In this document: in pieces, positions 29,947 to 39,870 of the stretch
How the letters are laid out: the number at the start of each line of letters is the position of its first letter
Numbering within the stretch: position 1 is the stretch's first letter
Translations under genes and position numbers: made by a program
Notes under the pieces: model-generated
What the model saw: the letters and a program-made list of their open reading frames with translations, nothing else
The model's database searches: none
Told to the model about the DNA's origin: nothing
Source: Nitrosopumilus sp.
GTDB taxonomy: Archaea > Thermoproteota > Nitrososphaeria > Nitrososphaerales > Nitrosopumilaceae
DNA length: 64,000 nucleotides
Direction of reading: 5' to 3'
NCBI GenBank assembly: GCA_965207445.1
Contig: CBDBLX010000002.1
Span: 896,001 to 960,000 of the forward strand

Positions 29947-31044
29947 TTAAACTGATAATGTTTTTGAAACACCTGCAAGTACAATTGTGTAATATTCATA
30001 TTTGTCAGTCCATATTTTTTGCAGGTCAAATCCTGCATCACTAAACATCTTTTGAATTTGTTGTTGTGTGTATTTGTAAGAGTTTTCAGTATGAATTACT
30101 TCTCCTTGCTTTAGATGTAATCTGATGCCTGGATTTGATATTATGATTGTCTGCTCACACAGTGATTTAAGATACATCTCTATACGTTGTTCTTTATGAT
30201 TATATTTAGCATAATGCTCAAAGTTCTCAAGATCAAAATCTGCATCTAACTCTGCATTTATTCGTGATAGTACATTGAGGTTGAACTTTGATGTAATATT
30301 TGCCGTATCATTATATGCAGACTCTAACACATTTACATCTTTAACCATGTCAAGTCCGATCAAAAATACATCATCTGGTTTCATTGAAGATCGTATCTTG
30401 CGCAAAAACATCATGCCATCTACCGGTGAGAGATTTCCATAACTTGAGCCCAAGAACATTATGAGGTTTAAGCCCTTGTCATATTCTCGCAAAAACTCCA
30501 AACCCCCTTCATAAGTATCTATTATCCCTGTAATGCTTAGATGTGAATAATCTGCTAGTAACTGTTCTGAGCTTTGGGTTAGTATATCTGATATGTCAAT
30601 TGGCATGTATTCTGTGTGGTTTTGTATGTTTTTTAGTCCGTCTAATATTATTCGAGTTTTTACAGATGAACCACTCCCGAGCTCTACTAATCTGATGTTT
30701 TTTTCATGTAATTTTGTACTCTTATCATATATTACGTCACATAACTCTTTTTCAACTCTTTCTAAAAGAGATATTTCTGTTCTTGTCAAATAGTATTCTG
30801 GTGTTGCACAGATCTCCTCAAATATCTCCGAGCCAACTTTATCATAAAAGAACTTTGGATTTATGAATTTTTGATCATATCCTTTACCAAGACTGTGTGT
30901 TATCTCTTGTACAAAAGATTTTTCAACTTTTGTTGCGTGTGGTTTAAAGTATCGCAGTCTAGAGTCTATCTCAAACATTTTGTAATGTGGGTTTTGATTA
31001 TATAGGTGATATCTCTCTATTTCTTTCTGTTCAGTTTTTTTCAA
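29947..31044 (-). CDS. egtD: L-histidine N-alpha-methyltransferase
   Basis: PKFFYD, PEYYLTRTE, LVELGSGSSVKT, FLGSSYGN, AYND and IHTENSYKY. Confidence 0.93.
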   Translation of the reverse strand: MKKTEQKEIERYHLYNQNPHYKMFEIDSRLRYFKPHATKVEKSFVQEITHSLGKGYDQKFINPKFFYDKVGSEIFEEICATPEYYLTRTEISLLERVEKELCDVIYDKSTKLHEKNIRLVELGSGSSVKTRIILDGLKNIQNHTEYMPIDISDILTQSSEQLLADYSHLSITGIIDTYEGGLEFLREYDKGLNLIMFLGSSYGNLSPVDGMMFLRKIRSSMKPDDVFLIGLDMVKDVNVLESAYNDTANITSKFNLNVLSRINAELDADFDLENFEHYAKYNHKEQRIEMYLKSLCEQTIIISNPGIRLHLKQGEVIHTENSYKYTQQQIQKMFSDAGFDLQKIWTDKYEYYTIVLAGVSKTLSV

Positions 31045-31218
31045 TTATTCAACATACTTTAAGATTATCTTAAATGTCTTTTGAGGTGAGCGAATGCTAA
31101 TGTTGTGCCCTCGTATGAATCATCGCACTTGTGTGTATGTTGTTGTTGTTTTTTTTTGACATTACCATAGTCACCATTAAAACCATTTATTCATATACTA
31201 CTATACAACACCGCAATT

Positions 31219-32253
31219 GTGAATGAAATATTACGCGTAGAGCATATTGTAAAACATTTTGTCAAAAAGACCATATTTGGATCTAAAACATCTGTCGTTC
31301 GAGCGTCTGATGATGTATCATTTTCACTTGGGCGCGGTGAAGTATTTGTGCTTGCAGGTGAATCCGGTTCTGGCAAATCCACCATTGCCAAGATAATACT
31401 CGGCTCGATTCACCCTGACTCGGGGGAAATTTTACTACATGGCAACAAAATTAACCGTAATCAACGAGATATGAAAAAGATTCGAACTGTATGTCAGATG
31501 ATCCATCAGGATCCTTATGATTCTATAAATCCCCGTATGAGAGTATCTGATATAATATCTGAACCACTTGATATACATGGTATATTTGACACCTCTAGTG
31601 CACGAGATGAACGCATCAGAGAAGTCTTAGAAGAGGTAAAGTTAGAACCTGTAGATGAGATTATTTACAAATACCCTCATATGCTGTCTGGTGGACAACG
31701 GCAACGCGTGGTACTTGCACGTGCACTTGCAATAAAACCCCAAATTATAATTGCAGATGAGCCTGTCTCTATGCTTGATGTCTCAATACGTGCAGAGATG
31801 TTAGATTTGATGCGCGACTTGCAGAAAAAACATCAGATATCTTTTTTGTACATTACTCATGATTTGGCTACTGCTCGGCATTTTGGGCAGCGCGTTGGAA
31901 TTTTGTATATGGGTAAAATTGTAGAGACTGGAAAGATCAATGACGTATTATTCTCACCACTTCATCCTTATACACGTGCACTGACAGATGCTATATCTGA
32001 TCCTGACCCTGATAATTTACACAAAAAAAAGAAGATTAGAATTGTACACCAACAAGGCCAATTTAGTAAAGATGTGATAAAAGAAAGTAGTATCGTACCC
32101 ACTGAACTCAATTATAGCATGAGAGGTGGTTGTAGATTTGCGCCGCGATGCCCTTGTGTGATTGATGCATGTGTGCAAGAGCCAGACTTACAAGAAAAAA
32201 TTCCTGAGCGTTTCTCAGCATGTCATGTCAATCTTATGAATAATGACACTTGA
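31219..32253 (+). CDS. Oligopeptide/dipeptide ABC transporter ATP-binding subunit
   Basis: GESGSGKST, LSGGQRQR, ADEPVSMLD and C-terminal GCRFAPRCP. Confidence 0.93.
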   Translation: MNEILRVEHIVKHFVKKTIFGSKTSVVRASDDVSFSLGRGEVFVLAGESGSGKSTIAKIILGSIHPDSGEILLHGNKINRNQRDMKKIRTVCQMIHQDPYDSINPRMRVSDIISEPLDIHGIFDTSSARDERIREVLEEVKLEPVDEIIYKYPHMLSGGQRQRVVLARALAIKPQIIIADEPVSMLDVSIRAEMLDLMRDLQKKHQISFLYITHDLATARHFGQRVGILYMGKIVETGKINDVLFSPLHPYTRALTDAISDPDPDNLHKKKKIRIVHQQGQFSKDVIKESSIVPTELNYSMRGGCRFAPRCPCVIDACVQEPDLQEKIPERFSACHVNLMNNDT

Positions 32254-32478
32254 ATAATTAGTGGTACTTTTTTGTGACAATCTATGTGGTGATCGTATTG
32301 TGTAATTTTATGTATGATAATATTGTGTAATTTTATGTATGATCGTATTGTATATATTATTGATACTTGAGTTACGTGTGTTTTGATGCGTTTCTTTTTT
32401 TTAAAAAAATAACTCATGGTAAATTATAACATTTGAGTATTTCATTACCTATTTTACCTATGATTTGAATATGTCATT

Positions 32479-33237
32479 ATGCAAGTGATCCCAATATCTG
32501 TAAACTCTGAGATCACATCGTCTGATAATCTTGCAAAGATGATTGTAAATTCTATCACATGTGGTATACACGATGGTGACATTTTAGTCATCTCTCAAAA
32601 AGCTGTATCAAAACAAGAAGGCCGTATAGTGAAATTGAACTCTGTGTCTCCTTCTCTACTTGCAAATGGTATTGCATCTCAATATGAAAAAGATCCACGT
32701 ATTGTACAATTGATACTTGAAGAATCTACAAGAATCGTTCGTATGCGTGATGGCATAATTATTGTGGAGACTTTTTGTGGATTTGTATGCGCAAATGCTG
32801 GTGTTGATGAGAGTAATGTGCAACAGGGATATGCAACATTACTTCCAATTGACCCTGATGCATCTGCGCGTAGATTGAAATCTGAAATATCACAAATGAC
32901 GTCATGTGATATATCTGTAGTAATATCTGATACATTTGGCAGACCATTCAGATTAGGTCAAGTTGACTGTGCCATTGGAGTTGCTGGGTTCAAACCACTT
33001 GTAAGTTACGCTGGCAACACAGATACATTTGGACGAATGCTTCGTGTCACAGAGATTACTGTTGCCGATGAGATTGCGTCTTCTGCTGAGCTTGTCATGG
33101 GTAAAACAAAGTTATGTCCTGCTGCAATCATTAGAGATTTTGACTTTGCACATGATATACATGATGATTCTGAGGATGTATCGTATATTGGTGCACGTAC
33201 AATATGCAGATCTCGTACTAATGATCTCTTCAGATAA
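32479..33237 (+). CDS. cofE: Coenzyme F420-0:L-glutamate ligase
   Basis: VISQKAVSKQEG, ANAGVDESN and SDTFGRPFR. Confidence 0.95.
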   Translation: MQVIPISVNSEITSSDNLAKMIVNSITCGIHDGDILVISQKAVSKQEGRIVKLNSVSPSLLANGIASQYEKDPRIVQLILEESTRIVRMRDGIIIVETFCGFVCANAGVDESNVQQGYATLLPIDPDASARRLKSEISQMTSCDISVVISDTFGRPFRLGQVDCAIGVAGFKPLVSYAGNTDTFGRMLRVTEITVADEIASSAELVMGKTKLCPAAIIRDFDFAHDIHDDSEDVSYIGARTICRSRTNDLFR

Positions 33238-33607
33238 GTGCTCGTTTTGCATTTTCTTTTGAGACAACTATGGTGCATGCTTGTGTACTATGTTAATATT
33301 TTTGATACTGTTGATGCAGATGTAAATTTAGCGCACCTGCAACTAAATGATATTTGATATATTGACATTTTATTTGAGATCATTTTACATATTGAGTTAT
33401 TTGTATATTGAGTTATTTGCATTGTTGTTTAAGAAAATTTATTGTAAATTTTTATTTTGATATGTTTTGTAATTGTTGTGTGATTTCGTATATGTTTGAG
33501 TATTAATTAGTGGTTTATTTTATTTATTTACTTGTACATTTAATTAATCACTTAATCGATATGATCACTTAATTAATATAATAACATATAATAATTTACC
33601 CACATCG

Positions 33608-33689
33608 ATAACCGTTCAACCCTTGTGTGTCTGCGCCATATACAGTTTGCGAATCTATGCCTATATTTGGGAAGGAGTAGAACGGTTAC
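33608..33689 (+). mobile_element. MITE family A with a degenerate 9-bp target duplication
   Basis: ataaccgttcaaccc...tagaacggttac; flanks cccacatcg / ctcatatcg (7 of 9 match). Confidence 0.8.
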
Positions 33690-33738
33690 CTCATATCGTT
33701 TCAATAAGATTATAATCTAAAATTATGCACTTTTTATT

Positions 33739-34656
33739 ATGTCAATTTTAAAATCCGAACTCCATTGCCATAACTCGTTTTCAAATCATCACTTGGGTGA
33801 TGATGAGCCACCTTTTGATTGTGATGTTTCAATATGTGATCAACTTGAACGTATACGTGTATTGGGACTTGACACTGTATTTGTCACAAACCATAACACA
33901 CTTGACGGTTTCAAACAGATGCTTGAATATAAAAACAATCATGAAAAATTTTCCAAAATTGCCATATATCCTGCCGAAGAGGTTACTACTGATAATGGCG
34001 CACATGTGCTTGTATATGGTATACATGAACCAATACCTTTTGGAACGCCGCTTGATGTAATACTTGATGATGTAAAGCGTCAAGGTGGTGTTTCGTCTGC
34101 ACCTCATCCGTTTAGCTTGCTAGATGCGCTTCGTGATGATGCATCAAAGTGTGATATGATTGAGACATTTAACAGCAATAACGTTGATGTACTCTCAAAC
34201 ATGCGCGCATCGCAATTTAGTGTTGAGCACAATATGATTCAAGTTGCCGGTAGTGATTCACACGTACTCTCAACACTTGGTAGATGTGTGAATAATGTGT
34301 ATTCTGAGAACAATCTTGATGATATTTTGCACGCATTAAAACATGGCAAGATCGAGGTATGTCACACTGGATATGCTCTACAGGATGAAACACTTGATCA
34401 TCTAAAGTACAAATTAAATAATTCGCGTGACTATGTTACACAGTATATTGCAGATAATTATCCAAACGCACAGTGGTTTTTGAAACTGCTTCTTTGGATG
34501 TATGATCATAATCAAGATAGTCGTATGTGGGGATACATATATGACTTGTGTGTATGGGCTATGAAAAGAATATCGCGTAAGATTAACTTTCAGGACCTTA
34601 ATCCTGATTTTATGAAACAGCGAAATCTCGCTACTATTCTCTACAACGCATTTTGA
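33739..34656 (+). CDS. PHP-domain metal-dependent phosphoesterase
   Basis: ELHCH, VTNHN, PHPF and GSDSH. Confidence 0.9.
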   Translation: MSILKSELHCHNSFSNHHLGDDEPPFDCDVSICDQLERIRVLGLDTVFVTNHNTLDGFKQMLEYKNNHEKFSKIAIYPAEEVTTDNGAHVLVYGIHEPIPFGTPLDVILDDVKRQGGVSSAPHPFSLLDALRDDASKCDMIETFNSNNVDVLSNMRASQFSVEHNMIQVAGSDSHVLSTLGRCVNNVYSENNLDDILHALKHGKIEVCHTGYALQDETLDHLKYKLNNSRDYVTQYIADNYPNAQWFLKLLLWMYDHNQDSRMWGYIYDLCVWAMKRISRKINFQDLNPDFMKQRNLATILYNAF

Positions 34657-34823
34657 GTTTTTAGAAAATATTCACTAAATGCCTGTTTTTTAATTGCATC
34701 AATCTGAGCCTTGGAGCGTCTCTGCTTGCCAGACTTTGGATTGTCATTTTCTACTAGTGTTTTTGATCTTGATTGGATAGTTTCGCCTACTGCCTTTTCT
34801 TCCTGAACTGTTTTTTGTTTCAT
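34641..34823 (-). CDS. Small hypothetical protein
   Basis: MKQKTVQEEK..., ggtga RBS upstream. Confidence 0.45.
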   Translation of the reverse strand: MKQKTVQEEKAVGETIQSRSKTLVENDNPKSGKQRRSKAQIDAIKKQAFSEYFLKTQNAL

Positions 34824-34959
34824 TATGTATATATCACCAATTGTATATGTAAGTATGTGTGCGTGCAATCCGATGTAAGTGACATTATAAGTGTGAACCA
34901 ACCTCCCTGACTGATATATTCATTTAAAATTTGAATATGCATAAATAAAATAATTTAGT

Positions 34960-35260
34960 TCATACTCTCGATCTCCTCGGCCTCCATGACCTCTCACCTC
35001 GCAACAAAGGCGCGGTACAGCATCCCAAACTCTTTGCGGTCATACACGGTCATTGTATGCAGCCTTGCGTCGGATTCTAGCACCCTCCTCATGTTCGCAA
35101 TGCACAATTTCGCGTCTCCGGCGCTTTTCAGTAGAGTTGAACCATCAACGACGGGCACGTCAGGTAGCCAGTCCTTTTCTTCCTTGTCGTCGCTGACGCA
35201 GAAACACTGATCATAATTTTCCCCTTGGACTTCCCCGCGCCCTTTAGTTTCTGCATTCCC
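34960..35260 (-). pseudogene. GC-richer fragment, possibly a transposase N-terminal remnant
   Basis: KDWLPDVPVVDG...RLHTMTVYDRKEFGMLYRAFVAR* with broken frames; a MITE B end lies nearby at 34891. Confidence 0.3.
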
Positions 35261-35385
35261 ACGCCGAATTGCCGCGGAGTTTCTTTATAGATCTTTTGAT
35301 TAAGATCACATAATCCATTTTCTGGGCAGATCTTAGGCGCGAAAATGTTTATGTTCATTAAAAATATGCCGATTATGTATATTGT

Positions 35386-35706
35386 CTAATCTAATACACA
35401 TGGCAATATTTGATCGGTTTTATCCGATCTGTAATAGCATATATCGTGTTGTGCAAGTGGAAGTATCTTTTCGTTTGGTACCATATGTCCATTTTCATCA
35501 ACAACTCTGCAATTTGAAGGTTCGGCAAAATAGTTAATGTCGCACGTTACTTCCCAACCATGGTAGTCGTACAAAAAATAAGATTTGTTGTCACCCCAAG
35601 TCTTATAGTTTATTATGTGATCTAATGTCATATAACATATAGTGACTGCCACAGTAACTGTAAGAACTAAAAAAACAAATCTAGAGGTAGACCTAATAGT
35701 GATCAT
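35386..35706 (-). CDS. Small membrane-anchored 4-Cys protein
   Basis: MITIRSTSRFVFLVLTVTVAVTICYM.. single TM followed by a Cys-containing domain; overlaps the upstream gene end. Confidence 0.6.
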   Translation of the reverse strand: MITIRSTSRFVFLVLTVTVAVTICYMTLDHIINYKTWGDNKSYFLYDYHGWEVTCDINYFAEPSNCRVVDENGHMVPNEKILPLAQHDICYYRSDKTDQILPCVLD

Positions 35707-36493
35707 GCCAATACACCACAAATCCAATCCACCAATAAGTAGGCGGCGAGTAATCCAAAACCTCTGGATTTGGTTCATTGTCATGATTTAGGGTATACCA
35801 TCCAGAAGCCGTTACACCTCCCAACACGAGACCAGGAAGTGCATCCGGTTCGTAAACATTCCACTCATCTCTGAATTCACCGTTTGTACAACTGCCCTGT
35901 CCTGTGATATTTTTTTCTGCATATACAAGATCGCCCCAATCTGCATAAGGCCAGTTTACAATGTGTTGGCCGTTGTTGCGAAGCCAAGTCTCAATATTGG
36001 ATTGACTTGCGTGGCCATTAGTACCAATGTAGAGTGTTGGCGTCGGAGGATACGTAGAGGTTACGCCATTCGTAATTCCGCATGCAGATGAGTCCCAGAA
36101 CCCGGCGCCGGTAACTCCGCCCGGGGGCGGTGCCTGATAGGCGGTATCATTGAATACCATAGCAAATTTTCCATCGTGCAGATTGGTTTTTGCTATCGCA
36201 ATCAGGGTGTCATTTTCGCTGATCATGGCCTTGATCAGTGCGTTATGAAGTCTCGCATATTGTTTGACAATCTTGATCTCTTTTTTTGGCATTCCAGATT
36301 CTTTCATGGATTTTACGTCGACTTTCATCTTGTTCTTGTCGTTAAAAGATATGTTGTCGTCTGCATTAAAGAATGCCCGATCTACTTGTTCTCGCGTATA
36401 CGTTTTGGCTGCACTTGCACTGTCAATCATTGTAGGTACCAACAATGTTGCAATCAACAGCGCAAACAAAACCGTCGATACTTTTGCAAGCAT
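35693..36493 (-). CDS. Secreted protein of unknown function
   Basis: Signal peptide MLAKVSTVLFALLIATLLVPTMIDSASA-A; Trp/Gly-rich C-terminal domain ending EPNPEVLDYSPPTYWWIGFVVYWHDHY. Confidence 0.8.
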   Translation of the reverse strand: MLAKVSTVLFALLIATLLVPTMIDSASAAKTYTREQVDRAFFNADDNISFNDKNKMKVDVKSMKESGMPKKEIKIVKQYARLHNALIKAMISENDTLIAIAKTNLHDGKFAMVFNDTAYQAPPPGGVTGAGFWDSSACGITNGVTSTYPPTPTLYIGTNGHASQSNIETWLRNNGQHIVNWPYADWGDLVYAEKNITGQGSCTNGEFRDEWNVYEPDALPGLVLGGVTASGWYTLNHDNEPNPEVLDYSPPTYWWIGFVVYWHDHY

Positions 36494-36522
36494 GAAACTC
36501 GGCAATAACTTCCATTAATAAG

Positions 36523-38213
36523 TATAGCGACGAGCATAAGTTTCGGTACAGTGAATTTTTGTGATTTCGTGCCTGAAATAATCACATGTGGCAAAGTCCA
36601 ATTGTGAAAACGTTACAGGAACCCACAATATGGCTATTTTTATGTTCAAAATTATGGCAATATGTTGTAATATGCACAATCATACAGCCAAAGAATGGAA
36701 TACAATTCAAGATTGAGATGGATGACTACGATGTGTGCTTACGCGTAGCGAACCATGTTGAGAGAAGATGTACCCGAGCAATAATGCAATTTCATATTGC
36801 TAGTTTGTCTTTTTCTTTTTTGTTTTTGTTGTTGTTGCTATCGGGACAGTTATGTTACATTTCTCTGCTTCAGAACTCAGTTCACCTTCCAATCTGACGA
36901 TTGGACGCATTACCCCTTTGGGCGGTTTCCGTTTCCAGAATTTGGTAAAATTATAATCAAACATGTATTCGTTGATAAATTTGAATACTGCTTCTTTGTG
37001 TGCATCAACAGTTGCATATCTTATAGAATTGTTGATTGATAATTTGAGTACGCCCCACAGTTCCTCAACAGGATTTAGGTACGGATGCCCTACTGGATAC
37101 CACACTAACATAATGTCCGGGTGGTTTTTGAAATATTTCATTGCATCATTTGAGGTGTGATATGTTGCTCTGTCAAGAACAAGCACCATCTTTCCAATTT
37201 TTTGGTACATACGATCAACATGCTCCAAAAATGAGGCAGTGTTTGCAGTGCTACAGGAATTATAGAATAATTCTCCAGTTGATGTCATTGAACATAGCAT
37301 GCTGAATCTATGATGATTCCCACTCCAAAACGAGTATATGCGTACTCCCACTTTTGACCAAAACTTACGTGACCTCTCAGAATCTCGAATGTGTGATTCA
37401 TCCATTGTCACTATTGTGTATCCTTTTTTGCTAAACTTTTCTAGCGTTTTAAAGAGTCGATATCTCCAGACTCGAACAGTTGTCATCTTGGCACGATTGA
37501 TCTCAATTGGTTCTGTCTTTTTCTTTGAGCACTTCCACTGTCTCATGTATCTTCGAACTTGTGTTATACTTAGCCGCGTACCGGACAACTCAAATATCTT
37601 ATCAGATATTTCAATAGATTCAAAACCTTTGCCATCACACCATTGTCTTACTTTATCAAGTATGGCTCTGTCAACTTTTGTCGGGCATCCTGATCTGGGT
37701 TTGTCTGATAATGCATCTCGAATACCTTTTGGTGTCTTTCTTGCAGCCTTTAATCTGTACCACCACATTGAAACTGTTCTTCTATCGCAGCTGTGTTTTC
37801 GTCCAGTATCACTAAATGTACCCAAACTAAAAAACAAAATCAACATGCACAATCTGCGTACGACACGACTGTCTTTTTCGGTTTTTCTTATCTTCGACAA
37901 CTGCTCACGCATGTCCATACTCTAGTAAATAAATTGATCATTTAAAACCTTCCTAAAATTAGGCACGCCTAAGCGTGCCGCAAAATTTTTGCGGTAACGC
38001 AGCATATTTGCCAATTACAAACTAGCAAAGTATAAAGTACTAATTTCTTTGGCATGGTACACACACTGCACTTTTTACAATGCACACCTGAAATGTATCT
38101 ATTCATATTAAAAACAGATGTAACGCTTTCAAAATACAATGTTTTTACATATGATCTTTTCAGGCATAAAATCGTGTAAAATTGGTGTACATGGACTTAT
38201 GCTCGTCGCTATA
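36523..38213 (-). mobile_element. IS630-family element, copy 1 (coordinates include the TA duplications)
   Basis: TIR tagcgacgagcataagt / acttatgctcgtcgcta flanked by TA; single transposase ORF. Confidence 0.95.
36800..37918 (-). CDS. IS630-family DDE transposase
   Basis: DKPRSGCP HTH linker; VTMDES, LVLDRATYH and PYLNPVEELW. Confidence 0.95.
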   Translation of the reverse strand: MDMREQLSKIRKTEKDSRVVRRLCMLILFFSLGTFSDTGRKHSCDRRTVSMWWYRLKAARKTPKGIRDALSDKPRSGCPTKVDRAILDKVRQWCDGKGFESIEISDKIFELSGTRLSITQVRRYMRQWKCSKKKTEPIEINRAKMTTVRVWRYRLFKTLEKFSKKGYTIVTMDESHIRDSERSRKFWSKVGVRIYSFWSGNHHRFSMLCSMTSTGELFYNSCSTANTASFLEHVDRMYQKIGKMVLVLDRATYHTSNDAMKYFKNHPDIMLVWYPVGHPYLNPVEELWGVLKLSINNSIRYATVDAHKEAVFKFINEYMFDYNFTKFWKRKPPKGVMRPIVRLEGELSSEAEKCNITVPIATTTKTKKKKTN

Positions 38214-38539
38214 TGTAAGGGTGAGGTTGGTGCGTAATTGACATTAGGCCTGCCTGTGACCCTTCTGTGAACTTACTCGGTTTATTGCACATTCAATCTG
38301 CAGAAGACTAAACTCTATCTATAGTACGTTTCGTTTTTGAATATACATGTGTGTTATTTTGGCAGACATAGATTATGGAACATAAAGCGTGCAAGTGTGA
38401 TCGCAGTCAATATCATTTGTATGATGGAATCTTTTGCCTTTTTTCATGAGCGCAGATAAATCTATTCCGGACGTTGATATTCCATGCAATCGATAGTATT
38501 TTACCAAACCGTTTTCTGTTTTTGGCCAGACGCATACGA

Positions 38540-39473
38540 CAGTAGTTCGCAATGTGTTTTATATGATTTTATTTGAATGATCTACAATGTCGTTAAACGT
38601 TGATGATCATACTTGATCAGATCAAATATAAAATATAATATATGGGAACATTTTAGTACCTCTGATTGTATATGAAAAATGAGGTACTAGAACATCAATA
38701 TGAATTAGGACAAGTAAATTATAAAGTTTTACGAAAACGATTCAACGATCTCGGATTAAACATATCAACCAGATATAACAGCAAGTATGTGGTGGTTGAT
38801 TATCTTGGTACACTTGCCACCATGGCACTTGACAACATGTGCGTAAATGCAGCAACACACAAAAGAAAACGCAATGAGGCTAACTATTTTAGAAAAAGCG
38901 AGCGCATAAACACACCATCTGAAAATACTGTGCTCAAATGCCTAAATAGTGCAGATCTAGAGAAAGTAAAACAATGGTGTGACGAGAACGTCAAAACAAT
39001 GCTCAATAATGTCAAAAAACACAACATACTCAAAAAAGGCGTGGTACGTGTGAACCAAGATCCGTGTCTAGAAAATCCACCAAACACCATTTTCCACGCA
39101 CAGAACTTGGTTCACACCGTGGTACTATTTGCAATTGATATGACCGGATGGGAATATTATGGCAAGGAACTTAAACCTGAGATGCTAAAAACAAAGCCCA
39201 AAAATGACACTGCATGATTTCATTCATTTATGATAACACAAATGCTAAATCAAGCCAGGTAACATACCTTTGTTTGCACATAGTGTGACCAGTAATAATA
39301 AAATGATCATAATCATGCGTAAAATCATTGAAAAATTAATTCGAGAGGACGCACGTCCGGAACTTGGCCTCTTTGATCGAGGTTTTTACAACGTTGCATG
39401 CATAGATGAACTTTTGCGCTTACGTCTGTCTTTCATAATGCCGGCAATCAAAAATAAGCGCATACAAAAGTAA
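38540..39473 (+). pseudogene. ISH3-family transposase, 3'-truncated, with stop and frameshift
   Basis: FAIDMTGWEYYGK..KTKPKNDTA*FH, LFDRGFY and FIMPAIKN; CAGTAG end. Confidence 0.8.
39048..39117. mobile_element. MITE family B, 70 bp, perfect 12-bp TIR and 8-bp TSD
   Basis: cgtggtac-[gtgtgaaccaag...cttggttcacac]-cgtggtac. Confidence 0.92.
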
Positions 39474-39635
39474 AACTCTGGCGATATTTGCAGATGACTT
39501 TGCAAGTATGATGCAAGTGGCGATTTGATGAATTACGCACCAACCTCCCTTTTAGTCTAAAGATCATTAGATGTGTTTTATTTGCTGTTTGTATGATGTA
39601 GTGATGCTTTTTTTGTTTTTTGTGTTAAATCTCAT

Positions 39636-39860
39636 TTAGATTAGATCTGATGCATTCTCAAATTTTACATCGTTGATCTCTGGTCTTGTTGTAAATCCAC
39701 AATTGTTGCATTTTGTACCATCAAACGTACGTCTTTCGGATAGCCTATTTGATTTTGTACGATGTTGTGTGCAACTTCTAGGACACAAACGTAATTTTTT
39801 TGTTGGCAACTCTACTGTATGTACAATTGTGTGTCTTTTAGTGTTTATTGGTGGTGTCAA
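39636..39860 (-). CDS. Small zinc-ribbon protein
   Basis: CPRSC..CNNCGF; 10 bp after trxB. Confidence 0.6.
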   Translation of the reverse strand: MTPPINTKRHTIVHTVELPTKKLRLCPRSCTQHRTKSNRLSERRTFDGTKCNNCGFTTRPEINDVKFENASDLI

Positions 39861-39870
39861 ATGTGGCGCT

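Larger units (their letters stand above)
38223..39547 (-). mobile_element. Internally deleted IS5-family element carrying an ISH3 fragment
   Basis: TIR gaggttggtgcgtaatt / aattacgcaccaacctc; 38223-38543 is the reverse complement of ~51350-51668 and 39471-39547 of ~49972-50048. Confidence 0.85.

Noticed and set aside
36523..36800. Long non-coding IS630 end as a guide RNA (TnpB/Fanzor-like system)
   Set aside because: No RuvC/TnpB ORF in or beside the element; the single ORF is a plain DDE transposase.
37338..37925. 195-aa plus-strand ORF in both IS630 copies
   Set aside because: Antisense shadow of the transposase; conserved only because the IS is duplicated.
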